Origin: an uncultured Elusimicrobia bacterium
Lineage (GTDB): Bacteria > Elusimicrobiota > Elusimicrobia > UBA1565 > UBA9628
Length of the DNA: 64,000 nucleotides
Reading direction: 5' to 3'
NCBI GenBank assembly: GCA_903830945.1
Contig: CAIKVT010000026.1
Span: forward strand, 19,823 to 83,822
The notes under the pieces were generated by a model that was not told the origin of the DNA, searched no databases, and worked only from the letters and a program-made list of their open reading frames with translations. Below, piece after piece: positions 44,720 through 54,407 of this stretch. Each line of letters begins with the position of its first letter. Position 1 is the first letter of the stretch. The translations under genes were made by a program, and so were the position numbers.

Positions 44720-46324
44720 ATGGAATCCACGAAGTCGACCCCACCGGAGCACGCCAAGAAAGAGCGGGTTGCGGCCCCGAGCCTGGCTCGTCTGCGCCAA
44801 ATGACTGAGACGGTCCTGCAGGGCGGCGGCGAGAAGGCCATCGCGGCGCAGAAGGGCAAGAATAAATTCACCGCGCGGGAACGCATCGCCTACCTATTCG
44901 ACGAAGGCAGCTTCCAAGAAACGGGCCTGCTGGTCGGCACCCGCTGCACGGATTTCGGACTCAAGGAAAAAAATCCCCCAAGCGACGGCGTGGTAACGGG
45001 CTTCGGCACGATAAACGGCCGGGAAGCTTGCGCGTTCGCCCAGGATTTCACGGTGCTGGGCGGCACGCTGGGACACGCCCACGCCATGAAGATCTGCAAG
45101 ATCATGGACCTCGCGTACGCCAACCGAGTCCCGGTGATCGGCCTGCTCGACTCAGGCGGCGCCCGCATCCAGGAAGGAGTCGAATCCCTCGACGGCTGCG
45201 CGGAGGTCTTCCACCGCAACGTCAAGTGTTCGGGCGTCATCCCGCAGATATCCGTCATCCTGGGCCCGTGCGCCGGCGCCTCGGTCTACTCCCCAGCGCT
45301 CACCGACCTCATCTTCATGGTCGAAGGAATCAGCCAAATGTTCGTGACCGGCCCGGACGTGGTGAAGGCCGCGACGGGAGAAGACGTTACCTTCGACCAA
45401 CTGGGCGGCTGCGCTGCCCACGCAACCAAGTCGGGAGTCTGCCACTTCGTAGCCGCTTCGGAGCAAGATTGCTTCCGGCAGGTGCGCGAACTCCTCTCCT
45501 TCCTGCCTCAGAACCGCTGGGAAAAGCCTCCACGCGTGGCCAACCCGGACCCGGTCAGCCGGGGCATCCCGCTCCTGGAGAAAATGTGTGAGATGGACCC
45601 GCGCAAGCCCTACCGCATCCACCACATCATCTGGCAGATCGCCGACGAACATAAGTTCTTCGAAGTGCACGCGGGCTTCGCCAAGAACATCGTAGTCGGC
45701 TTCCTGCGCATGGGCGGCGAGGCCGTGGGCGTCGTAGCCAACAACCCCGCCCATTTCGCCGGGGCCTTGGACATTAATTCCGCGGACAAGGCGGCGCGCT
45801 TCATCCGCCTGCTCAACGCCTTCAACATCCCCATCGTGACCTTGACCGACGTGCCAGGATACTGGCCGGGCGTAGCGCAGGAACACGGAGGCATCATCCG
45901 CCACGGCGCCAAGCTCCTCTTCGCCTACAGCGAAGCCACGGTGCCCAAGATCGCGGTCGTCATCCGCAAGGCCTACGGCGGGGCCTATATCGCCATGAGT
46001 TCCAAAAGGATGGGCAGCGACTTCAACTTCTCCTCGCCCAGCGCCGAGATCGCGGTGATGGGCCCAGCGGGGGCTATCGAGATCCTCTATAAGCGCGAGC
46101 TGGCCGCGGCCAAAACCGGTGAGGAAAAGGCGGCCCTGCGCGCCAAGCTCACCGCCGACTACAAGGAGCGCTTCGCTTCTCCCTACCAGACCGCGGCGAT
46201 GGGCTCCATAGATGAGGTCATCGAGCCGATCCTGCTGCGCACCAAGATCATCCGGGCCCTGCGTCTCTTGCGCGATAAGCGCATCCCGGGGACCCACGAG
46301 AGCCGGGGGAATATCCCGCTCTGA
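44720..46324 (+). CDS. Acyl-CoA carboxylase carboxyltransferase subunit (propionyl-CoA carboxylase beta / methylmalonyl-CoA carboxyltransferase-like)
   Basis: 534 aa with two crotonase-like carboxyltransferase halves (GGARIQEG..., AYGGAYIAM). Confidence 0.9.
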   Translation: MESTKSTPPEHAKKERVAAPSLARLRQMTETVLQGGGEKAIAAQKGKNKFTARERIAYLFDEGSFQETGLLVGTRCTDFGLKEKNPPSDGVVTGFGTINGREACAFAQDFTVLGGTLGHAHAMKICKIMDLAYANRVPVIGLLDSGGARIQEGVESLDGCAEVFHRNVKCSGVIPQISVILGPCAGASVYSPALTDLIFMVEGISQMFVTGPDVVKAATGEDVTFDQLGGCAAHATKSGVCHFVAASEQDCFRQVRELLSFLPQNRWEKPPRVANPDPVSRGIPLLEKMCEMDPRKPYRIHHIIWQIADEHKFFEVHAGFAKNIVVGFLRMGGEAVGVVANNPAHFAGALDINSADKAARFIRLLNAFNIPIVTLTDVPGYWPGVAQEHGGIIRHGAKLLFAYSEATVPKIAVVIRKAYGGAYIAMSSKRMGSDFNFSSPSAEIAVMGPAGAIEILYKRELAAAKTGEEKAALRAKLTADYKERFASPYQTAAMGSIDEVIEPILLRTKIIRALRLLRDKRIPGTHESRGNIPL

Positions 46325-46349
46325 TGTGGTATAATCCGGCCCTAATACG

Positions 46350-47033
46350 ATGAAAGCTCAAATTTTGGTCGTCGAGGACCAGGCGGCCACCTCCGAGCTC
46401 ATCTGCGAAGTACTCACGGACGAGGGTTGCGAGGTCCAAACGGTCGACACGTTGGCCAAAGCGCGCAAGAGCCTGCAACGCGCGCTGCCCGACCTAGTGA
46501 TCCTCGACCGAGCCCTGCCGGACGGCGAAGGGCTGGACCTGCTCAAGAACCTGCGTGGCGAAGACAGATCGGCGCGGTTGCCCGTCCTCGTCCTCACCGC
46601 CCAGAACACGACCACAGACAAGGTCGTAGGCCTACGCGAAGGGGCAGACGACTACATCACCAAACCCTTCAACACCGAAGAATTGGTGGCGCGCGTGGAG
46701 GCGCTGTTGCGCCGCACCGGGGCGCTGGAAGAGCCGACGACACAGGAATCCGGGGAGCTCAAGCTCGACCGCACCTCACGCAAAGCTTACATCAAGCATA
46801 AGGAAGTCCCTTTAAGCGCCAAGGAATTCGACCTGCTGTGGTTCCTGATGTACCGCCGCAACCGGGTGCTCACGCGCGACTTTCTACTCCAGCATGTCTG
46901 GGGATATGAGCGGGGCCTCGACCTCTCCACCAAGGTCATCGACGTGACCCTCTCACATCTGCGCGACAAGATCGGGCCCTCGGCCAATAAGATCGTGGCC
47001 GTGCGCAGCTTCGGCTATCGGTTCGACGACTAG
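46350..47033 (+). CDS. OmpR-family response regulator
   Basis: Receiver plus winged-helix output; 227 aa. Confidence 0.9.
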   Translation: MKAQILVVEDQAATSELICEVLTDEGCEVQTVDTLAKARKSLQRALPDLVILDRALPDGEGLDLLKNLRGEDRSARLPVLVLTAQNTTTDKVVGLREGADDYITKPFNTEELVARVEALLRRTGALEEPTTQESGELKLDRTSRKAYIKHKEVPLSAKEFDLLWFLMYRRNRVLTRDFLLQHVWGYERGLDLSTKVIDVTLSHLRDKIGPSANKIVAVRSFGYRFDD

Positions 47034-48334
47034 GTTTCCGCGCGCGGCGGACTCTGAGACATCCGCGCTCCGGAGGCATCCTCCTCGGCCACGATCGGCA
47101 GCCGGATAAGGAAGGCGGCTCCCTCACCGCGGCCGGATTGCAGCGCCAAGGACCCGCCGTGGGACTCCACGATCCGACGGCAGACAGCCAAGTCGAGCCC
47201 GGTCCCCTCGCACTCCGATTCGATCATAAAAAACGGCTCCCAGATACGTTCCGCGATCTTAGCAGGGATGCCGGACCCGTTGTCCTCAAAGTTCACGACT
47301 ATTTCACAGGCCTCACGGCGCGTGCTCAACCGGATGCACCCGTCCATGCGGCCCGCGGCGCGGATGGATTGATACGCGTTGGTCAACAGGGTGAAGAGGA
47401 CCTGCTGAAACTCCACCCCCGAGAGCACGGTTTGCGGCAGGTCCGCGGCCAACTCCGCAACGACCTTGAGCCGGTCAAAAATCCAATCATACTCTTTGAG
47501 GACCACGCATTCCCGGATCAGGGCGTTGATATCGCAGAGTTTGCGTCCGCCCGTCTTCTGGCGAGAAAAAGCGAGCATGTCTTGAATGATCCGATCGCAA
47601 CATCTGGCTCTATCCTCGATGCGGCGGAATATCCGCCTGGCCTCGGCCGGGGAATAGTCCTGGTCATGCGCGAGCTCCGCGTAGCCCAGGATGAACGCCA
47701 GCGGCGACTTAAGCTCATGCGCGACGCCGGCCGTGAGCGTCCCCAGAGTAGCGAGACGGTCCATGCGTTGGAGCCGCTCGCGCTCCTGGACCCGCTCGAT
47801 TTCACTGCGCCGCCGCTCCTCTTCGAGGCGAGCCCGCGCCTCGCGTTCGCGGGCCGCGACCCGCATGACCACTATCGCTGAAGCCGTGATGATGGTCGCT
47901 TTAACGAGAAGCTCGATGACGTCGTTCCAGCGCAGCCGGGCCGGGGTCCCGGCATAAAAGGCAACCAGGGGCAGCAGAACCGCCACGAGCGTGACCAGGA
48001 CTCCGCGCCGGCCGAAAGCGAGGCAACCGTTGAATACCGGCAGCAGATAGAGCACCCAGAAATATGATTCCGGACCTCCGGAATAGCGCAGGACAAAGGT
48101 CAAGAAGAATATGTTGGAGGCCACGGCAAAAGCAGCCCCGCGCGGCTGCGCCAGCAGACGGGGCAGGACCGAGACATTGGCAAGATTGAAGGCCAGCAAC
48201 CCCAGGAAGCAGTACAGGACCTCGGGATAAACGAAACGCGGATTCTCGCGGCCCAGGAACGCGGCCACGACCATGATGAGCGCGAAGGCCACGCCGTCGA
48301 TAGACTCGCCGAACCACTCATCACGCTGGGACAT
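47030..48334 (-). CDS. Sensor histidine kinase with polytopic (about 6 TM) N-terminal sensor domain
   Basis: H-box AGVAHELKSPLAFI; N/G boxes (NAYQSIRAAG, DNGSGIP, GTGLDLAVCRRIVESHGG). Convergent with the regulator, sharing a 4-nt CTAG stop overlap. Confidence 0.85.
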   Translation of the reverse strand: MSQRDEWFGESIDGVAFALIMVVAAFLGRENPRFVYPEVLYCFLGLLAFNLANVSVLPRLLAQPRGAAFAVASNIFFLTFVLRYSGGPESYFWVLYLLPVFNGCLAFGRRGVLVTLVAVLLPLVAFYAGTPARLRWNDVIELLVKATIITASAIVVMRVAAREREARARLEEERRRSEIERVQERERLQRMDRLATLGTLTAGVAHELKSPLAFILGYAELAHDQDYSPAEARRIFRRIEDRARCCDRIIQDMLAFSRQKTGGRKLCDINALIRECVVLKEYDWIFDRLKVVAELAADLPQTVLSGVEFQQVLFTLLTNAYQSIRAAGRMDGCIRLSTRREACEIVVNFEDNGSGIPAKIAERIWEPFFMIESECEGTGLDLAVCRRIVESHGGSLALQSGRGEGAAFLIRLPIVAEEDASGARMSQSPPRAET

Positions 48335-48382
48335 GGGTTAATAGTCTAAACTTGCATGCAGCCGCCGTCAAGGCGCCTGAAG

Positions 48383-48886
48383 TCAGCGTTCAGGGACAGG
48401 CACCGCGAAATCAAGCGGCTGCTCGACCTTGAGCTTATATCGCCTCGCCGCGCCGGCCGGCAGCTCCAAAACGTACTGCGCCGGACCCCGGGCCCGCGCG
48501 ACCTCCTCGTCCGTGGTCTTTTCCGTCGAAGGACGCATGCGTTGGTGGATGCGCGTGATTCTCTTGTCCGCGCCGATGAACACGATGTCAAGGCTGACCC
48601 AGGTGTTCTTCATCCAGAAGGTCATGTCCCCGATCTCGATGGGGAAGACGAAGAGCATGCCATAGTCCCTGGGAAGGGACTTGCGGTACATCAGCCCCGC
48701 CTCGCGACTGGCCGGAGTATCCACCACGTCCACCGCCATCTTGCGGCCGGAGGCGAAGCGCAAGTCGGCGCGCCGGGAAACGACTTGCGGCGCGGCAGTT
48801 GCGGCCGCAGCGGCGGCCAGCATCGCAACGGCGCCCAAGACCCACGCGGCCGACACCGCCCGGATCAGTCGGGTTCTTCTCTCCAT
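48383..48886 (-). CDS. DUF192-domain secreted protein
   Basis: Signal peptide and DUF192 hallmark (GLMYRKSLPRDYGMLFVFP...FWMKNTWVSLDIVFI). Confidence 0.65.
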   Translation of the reverse strand: MERRTRLIRAVSAAWVLGAVAMLAAAAAATAAPQVVSRRADLRFASGRKMAVDVVDTPASREAGLMYRKSLPRDYGMLFVFPIEIGDMTFWMKNTWVSLDIVFIGADKRITRIHQRMRPSTEKTTDEEVARARGPAQYVLELPAGAARRYKLKVEQPLDFAVPVPER

Positions 48887-49356
48887 GAAATACTCCTCTT
48901 TCGACGGGGGATCTTCTCCGGGAATCGCGGCAGATACTCGCGGTCCACCACTTCCTCTACGGCCAATGCCGCCTCATGCACGCGGTCGTAATCCAGACCA
49001 TATTCCTTGGCGATGGCGGCCAGCGTCATTCCTCGACGGCGCATCTGCGCGGCTTTCTGCAAGGGCCGTCCCGCCTCCGCGCAGATCAGGACCATATCGA
49101 TGAGCTCCAGCTTATAGAAACCCGCGCGCGCCAGCCGGCTTAGGTCCACGACCTGACCGTTGGTGGATATCTTGACTTGGGCCCAGACCGTGGCTCCGAA
49201 GGCCAGGTCCAAGGCCTGAGCCACGGGCTCCGGCTCAAAAGTCCCATTCTTCTCCCGTGATGAAGACCACAGGTCCTGGGAAGTCCCTAAACCGACGCCT
49301 TGCGCCGGGGCCGGAACCGCGACCGCCAGCCAAAGACCGACCAAACAGACGTTCAT
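48865..49356 (-). CDS. Hypothetical secreted protein
   Basis: Signal-peptide-like N-terminus; no recognisable motifs. Lies between two co-oriented genes, which favours it being real. Confidence 0.35.
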   Translation of the reverse strand: MNVCLVGLWLAVAVPAPAQGVGLGTSQDLWSSSREKNGTFEPEPVAQALDLAFGATVWAQVKISTNGQVVDLSRLARAGFYKLELIDMVLICAEAGRPLQKAAQMRRRGMTLAAIAKEYGLDYDRVHEAALAVEEVVDREYLPRFPEKIPRRKRSISWREEPD

Positions 49357-50942
49357 CGAGCCCCCGCCGTCCCCGCAGAGATAGGCCGCTCTCCTCTCGC
49401 TGGAGGGGACAGTGCCTTAAGATGCCGGATCGCGGCGCGGGCCTCGTCGAGCCAAGCCCGCGTCGACCACGGTCCCAGCCGGCCCCAAAGCGCCCGGCCC
49501 AGGTCATGCACGAAGAGCCCGCGGGCGGGGCCGTCGGAGTAGATGCCGTCGATCGCGCGCACCGTGCGACGGTAGAATTCCTTGGGGCCGTCGGGGCTGC
49601 GTTGGTGCAGGGGCCAGTCGACGACATCTCCCACGATGAGCTGGGCATCACCGCGGGCCACGTAGCGGTGCCAATCCGAAAGCAAGGCCGAGTACTGTTC
49701 CGCGTCGGCCTCATAAAGCATCAACGCCTCGGCGTCGACGCCCGCATCGTTGAACATGACCGCGTCCTGACCATGGTGCCAGCCTTTGTCCCAAGTCAGC
49801 ACGAAAGCCCAGAGCGGCTTGGACCCGCCGACCTCGTCTTTCAGGCGCCGGATGATGCCGGAGACGCGGTGGGCCCGCCACCACTGCCAGGCGTCGATGA
49901 AAGCCATATCCTTACGCATGGCTTTCTTGCGGGCGAAATAGACCATCCGTTCCTCGCGGCTGAGATGCACGAACTCGGCGGGAGCGGACACGACGCCCGC
50001 CATGTCCCGATAGAACTCGTCGACCAGTTCCACGCCGCCAAGTGCGTTGCGGATGTAGTCCACTCCGAGGTAGTCCACTTCAGGGATATCCCGAAAGCGC
50101 TTGAGCAAGTCCGCCACGTCGCGCACGCGCTGGTCCTCGCGCAGGGAGATGCTGCGGGTCGGGACCGTGCGCCCGTCCTGGACCTCCAGGGCGTATTCGT
50201 AACCGGGCAGGCGCGACTGGCCGGACATGGTCAGGAAGCACTGCACGTAGACGCCGAACTTGATGCCGCGACGGCGGCACTCCTTAGCCATCTCAGGGAT
50301 GATCGGCAGGTTGTAGGAAAGCCAGACCTCACCGGACTTCTCCCCCGGCGATCGGCCGCCCAGGACCCAGAAGGCGTCGGCACCCACATACTCGACCCAG
50401 TCCAAGAGTCCACGCCAGTCCTTGACCTTGCCGTCCGGGGCCGAAACCTTGAGACTGGCGAAGGGCAGGTCGCATTCCAAACTCAGCGCCGCCAGGCCTT
50501 GCGGCAGGGCTTGCGGCCGCCGCCTGCCGATGTGAAACGCCCTAGCCCAGAGTCGCTCCCCGGCCACAGCCGAAGAGGAGAGTTCCAGCCGATACTCTCC
50601 CGCCGCGGCGTTCCAGGGACAGGGCCAGCGACCGGACCAGCGACCCGGCCCGTCGGGGCTCAGCCGCAACTCGCGCAAGCCCGCGACCGTGGCCACCGGC
50701 CGGCCTTCCCGGGTGACGATCACCGCGGGCGGCGAAGACCTCCAGGCGTCGGCCAGGGCCGCGTCGCGAGCGCGCAGGCGGATGTCCACGAACTCGTCAT
50801 GCAGGTACTCGGACTTCAAAGCAAAGATACTGACCGGGCGCTGCCAGCTCATCCAGCCCCAACGGCCCAAAAAGAAAACGGCGTAAAACACCGCCAGGGC
50901 GACGAACAGGGTCCGGCCATCGAGACGCTTAAGCCTGGGCAT
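49353..50942 (-). CDS. Membrane-anchored glycoside-hydrolase-like TIM-barrel protein (GHL10/YngK-like, tentative)
   Basis: N-terminal TM then a ~480-aa domain with a (beta/alpha)8-like periodicity (FWVLGG..., GIKFGVYVQCF, YLGVDYIRN). Assignment is tentative. Confidence 0.4.
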   Translation of the reverse strand: MPRLKRLDGRTLFVALAVFYAVFFLGRWGWMSWQRPVSIFALKSEYLHDEFVDIRLRARDAALADAWRSSPPAVIVTREGRPVATVAGLRELRLSPDGPGRWSGRWPCPWNAAAGEYRLELSSSAVAGERLWARAFHIGRRRPQALPQGLAALSLECDLPFASLKVSAPDGKVKDWRGLLDWVEYVGADAFWVLGGRSPGEKSGEVWLSYNLPIIPEMAKECRRRGIKFGVYVQCFLTMSGQSRLPGYEYALEVQDGRTVPTRSISLREDQRVRDVADLLKRFRDIPEVDYLGVDYIRNALGGVELVDEFYRDMAGVVSAPAEFVHLSREERMVYFARKKAMRKDMAFIDAWQWWRAHRVSGIIRRLKDEVGGSKPLWAFVLTWDKGWHHGQDAVMFNDAGVDAEALMLYEADAEQYSALLSDWHRYVARGDAQLIVGDVVDWPLHQRSPDGPKEFYRRTVRAIDGIYSDGPARGLFVHDLGRALWGRLGPWSTRAWLDEARAAIRHLKALSPPARGERPISAGTAGAR

Positions 50943-51032
50943 GATCGCCGGGGAATGATACCAATAATTTGATATACTCCCCAACGTTCGCTGTCGGCGA
51001 GCGAGAATCGCTGTCGCGAGGAGAGAAGGCTA

Positions 51033-51265
51033 TGGTGACGGGACTTGTGCTGGTTCGGCTCATGGCGGGACAAGAGAAGCAGGCCTTGGCCAAGATCAAG
51101 CAGACGGAAGGCGTGGCCCATGTCACCGCGGTCTTCGGCCGCTGGGATCTCGTTCTGGATATCGAAACCAAGGACCTCTTCACCCTTTCCAACGTCATCG
51201 TCCGCGACATCCGCGCCATCCCGGGCGTGATGTCCACCGAAAGCCTCATCACCACGGCGATCTAG
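51033..51265 (+). CDS. Stand-alone Lrp/AsnC ligand-binding (RAM) domain protein
   Basis: 77 aa: VTGLVLVRLMAGQEKQALAKIKQTEGVAHVTAVFGRWDLVLDIETKDL has the RAM-domain pattern. No HTH domain. Confidence 0.5.
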
Positions 51266-51287
51266 ACACAGCGCCGCAAAAAGCGCC

Positions 51288-52865
51288 GTGTCTAACAAAA
51301 AAATCCGCACCCTCAACGACCTCCTGGACGCGGCGGCTGCGCCTCGGTCGCGCCCGGGCGGCTTCATCACACCGAGTGAACACCTGAACTACCGGGACCT
51401 TCGGTCGCGGGTCCTGCAGACGGCCGCCGGGCTGCACGCCGCAGGCATCGACCGGGGCGACCGCGTGGCGCTCGTGCTGCGCAACGACATCTCTTTCATC
51501 GTCTCCTACTTCGCTCTGGCGCGCCTGGGCGCGATAGCCGTCCCCATCAACTTTATGGTCCAGAAGCCGAAGGACCTGGCCTATATGCTGAGCGACTGCC
51601 GGGCAAAAGCGGCCGTGACCCAAACGGAGTTCCTCCCCGGCCTGCGCGCCGCGGCGAAACGGACGCCCTCCTTGCGGACCCTCTGGCTGACGGATTCAGA
51701 GAGCGAAAGTCCCCAAGAGCGGTCCTTCACGGAACTGCTCAGCGGCGGCAGGGAACCCCTGCCTCACCGCGAAATCTCCGAGTCCGACTTGGCCGGCATC
51801 CTCTACACCGCGGGGACCACCGGCGTGCCCAAGGGCGTGATGCTGACGCACCGCAACCTCATCACCAACTGCGCGGCCGCCGCCTCGCACATGGGCCTGC
51901 GCCGCAAGGACGTCATGCTCTGCATCCTGCCCATGTTCCATGCCTTCGCCTGGACCGCCAACGTCCTCGTCCCCATGTGGGGGGGGGTCAAGGTCGTCGT
52001 CGCACCGGGAGTCACGCCGGCCAAGCCGTGGCTCAAGCTCATGGCCCGCCACGGAGTCACGATCTTCACCGCCATCCCGCAACTCTACGCGGTCCTAGCC
52101 AAAGAGGCGGTGGGGGTCAAGCGGTTCGTCCTGAGGTGGTGGTTCTTCCGCCGGGTGCGCATGGCGGTCTCGGGCGCGGCGCCCTTGAACCCCGTGGTCG
52201 CCCGGCGCTTCGAAGCCAGACTCCACGTGCCAATCCTCGAGGGCTACGGCCTGACCGAAACCTCACCCATCGCCACCATCAACCCCCCGGCAGGACGCCG
52301 GCCCGGCACCGTAGGGCTGCCAATCGCCGGAGTGCGCCTCAAAATCGCGGGTCCCGATGGCCGCAGCCAACCGACGGGGAATGACGGAGAGGTCTGCGTC
52401 CAGGGCGACTGCGTGATGCAGGGCTACTACAACCAGCCCGAAGCCACGGCCGAGGTCCTCTCCGCGGAGGGCTGGCTCAAGACCGGGGACGTGGGCAGTC
52501 TCGACGCAGACGGCTACCTGACCATCAAGGACCGGATCAAGGACATGATCATCGTCAAAGGGCTCAAGGTCTTCTCCGCCCAGGTGGAAGCGGCATTACT
52601 GGAACATCCAGCCGTAGCCGAGGCCGCAGTCATTGGCGTTCCCGACGAGATCGGCGATGAGACGGTCAAGGCCTTCATCGTGCTGCGCCGGGGAGTCGCG
52701 GCCGACCGGGCGGCGCTCTTGCGCTTCTGTCAACAACGGCTGGATAATTATAAGCGGCCGCGCGACATCACTATCGTGGAAAGCCTGCCCAAGAACGCCC
52801 TGCAGAAGGTTCTCAAGACGGTCCTGCGCCGGCAGGAGATAGCCCGGCGCCGCGCCCGCACATGA
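51288..52865 (+). CDS. Long-chain fatty-acid--CoA ligase (AMP-binding superfamily)
   Basis: AMP-binding motifs YTAGTTGVPKGVMLTHRN, GYGLTET, and a conserved C-terminal Lys. Confidence 0.9.
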   Translation: MSNKKIRTLNDLLDAAAAPRSRPGGFITPSEHLNYRDLRSRVLQTAAGLHAAGIDRGDRVALVLRNDISFIVSYFALARLGAIAVPINFMVQKPKDLAYMLSDCRAKAAVTQTEFLPGLRAAAKRTPSLRTLWLTDSESESPQERSFTELLSGGREPLPHREISESDLAGILYTAGTTGVPKGVMLTHRNLITNCAAAASHMGLRRKDVMLCILPMFHAFAWTANVLVPMWGGVKVVVAPGVTPAKPWLKLMARHGVTIFTAIPQLYAVLAKEAVGVKRFVLRWWFFRRVRMAVSGAAPLNPVVARRFEARLHVPILEGYGLTETSPIATINPPAGRRPGTVGLPIAGVRLKIAGPDGRSQPTGNDGEVCVQGDCVMQGYYNQPEATAEVLSAEGWLKTGDVGSLDADGYLTIKDRIKDMIIVKGLKVFSAQVEAALLEHPAVAEAAVIGVPDEIGDETVKAFIVLRRGVAADRAALLRFCQQRLDNYKRPRDITIVESLPKNALQKVLKTVLRRQEIARRRART

Positions 52866-54376
52866 CCCTGCGCCCGAACGTCCGTCTACCGAAACCAGCG
52901 CTGGCTCTCTTGCGCGCGGCCGCAATCGACCTGCCCCAGCCCGCCTACCTGGTAGGCGGCGCCCTGCGCGACGCCTGCCTGGGCCGACCCCTGCTGGACC
53001 TGGACTTGACGACGCGCGGCGCGCGAGCCGGGGCCGCACGGCTGGCCCGCAGTCTAAAAGGGAACTTCGTGGTCCTCGACGGAGAGAACGGCGTCTTCCG
53101 CATCGTTCTACCCAAGAACCTAGGCGTGCCGCAGATGGATGTCAGCGAACTGCAGGGCCAGGACATCGCCGAAGACTTGCAGCGCCGCGACTTCACGATC
53201 AACGCCCTGGCCCTGCCGCTGGCGCCGGACCTGCCCGCCAGCGTCCCGACCGCGACGCTCTTGGACCCGCGGGCGGGCTTGGCCGACCTGCAGCAGGGCC
53301 TGCTGCGCTGCGAGGACGAGGACATCCTCAAGGCCGACCCATTGCGCATCCTGCGCGCCTTCCGTCTAGGCGCCCAATTGGGATTCACCATCGAGGCCCG
53401 AACCATGAAATGGCTGCGCTCCCTGCGCTCGCGCCTGAGCCGCAGCGCTCCGGAACGCATCGCCGCCGAGCTCACCCTGCTCCTGGCCGAGCCGGGGTGT
53501 CCGGCCTGGCTGGCCCGCATGGACCACGCCGGCGTGCTGACCGTCCTCTTCGAGGACCTCGAGGCCTCGCGGAAATGCGCGACCTGCTACTACGGCCGCG
53601 GCGGGGTACTTCGCCACACCTTGTACGTGACCGCCCGGCTGGACTTGCTGCTGGCCGACCCGCGGCGAATGTTCGGCGACGCGGCCGGCCCTTTGCTGAA
53701 GTCCTTAGGCGAGCGTCTGCGGCCCGGGCATCCTTGGCGCGCCGCCATGATGCTGGCGGCGCTGTTGCACGACGTGTCCAAGCCCGAGACCGCGCGGCGC
53801 ATGGGGGGCAGACTGCGCTTCTTCGGCCACGACCTGGCGGGCGCGCGGCGTGCGGCAGGCCTGCTCAAGGCACTGCGCTTTCCCAACGAAACCATCGAGC
53901 TGGTGGCGGCCGTGGCCACGCACCACCTGCGGCCGGGCAACCTGACGGCCGGAGGCGTGTTGAGCGACAAAGCAGTGTACCGGTTCTTCCGCGACCTGGG
54001 AGAGCAGGCCGTGGCCGTGCTCCTGGTCTGCTGGGCCGATCATGCCAGCTACCTGCCGCACAGGCAACTCGAACGGCTCCTACCCGAAGCCTCCGCGGAA
54101 CCGGACTCCTACGATATGTCGAAAGTGCGGCCCATGGAGGCGCGCAAGACCCTCAAACACCTGCAGGTCATCGCGCATCTCCTGCGGCGCCGTTTCGACG
54201 CGCGGCGCCAGGCCGTGCCGGACCGGCTGGTGGATGGCCACGCGGTGATGAAGGCCTTAGGCATCCCTCCAGGCCCCCAGGTGGGGCAATTGCTGGAAAA
54301 GCTCCGGGAGGCCCAGGCGGAGGGGAAGGTCAGCACCAAGAAAGCGGCTTTGGACTTTATCAAGAAACTGCAATAA
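52862..54376 (+). CDS. CCA tRNA nucleotidyltransferase / poly(A) polymerase family protein with HD domain
   Basis: GGALRD...LDLDL...RDFTINALA head domain plus HD motif (LLHDVSK). Confidence 0.75.
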   Translation: MTLRPNVRLPKPALALLRAAAIDLPQPAYLVGGALRDACLGRPLLDLDLTTRGARAGAARLARSLKGNFVVLDGENGVFRIVLPKNLGVPQMDVSELQGQDIAEDLQRRDFTINALALPLAPDLPASVPTATLLDPRAGLADLQQGLLRCEDEDILKADPLRILRAFRLGAQLGFTIEARTMKWLRSLRSRLSRSAPERIAAELTLLLAEPGCPAWLARMDHAGVLTVLFEDLEASRKCATCYYGRGGVLRHTLYVTARLDLLLADPRRMFGDAAGPLLKSLGERLRPGHPWRAAMMLAALLHDVSKPETARRMGGRLRFFGHDLAGARRAAGLLKALRFPNETIELVAAVATHHLRPGNLTAGGVLSDKAVYRFFRDLGEQAVAVLLVCWADHASYLPHRQLERLLPEASAEPDSYDMSKVRPMEARKTLKHLQVIAHLLRRRFDARRQAVPDRLVDGHAVMKALGIPPGPQVGQLLEKLREAQAEGKVSTKKAALDFIKKLQ

Positions 54377-54407
54377 CTCTATAACATTTCAAGTATACGC
54401 TTGCGTT

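Noticed and set aside
53410-54384. 324-aa plus-strand ORF overlapping the CCA-enzyme gene in another frame
   Set aside because: Arg/Ala/Pro/Gly-rich shadow ORF; the CCA/poly(A)-polymerase frame has clear head-domain and HD motifs.
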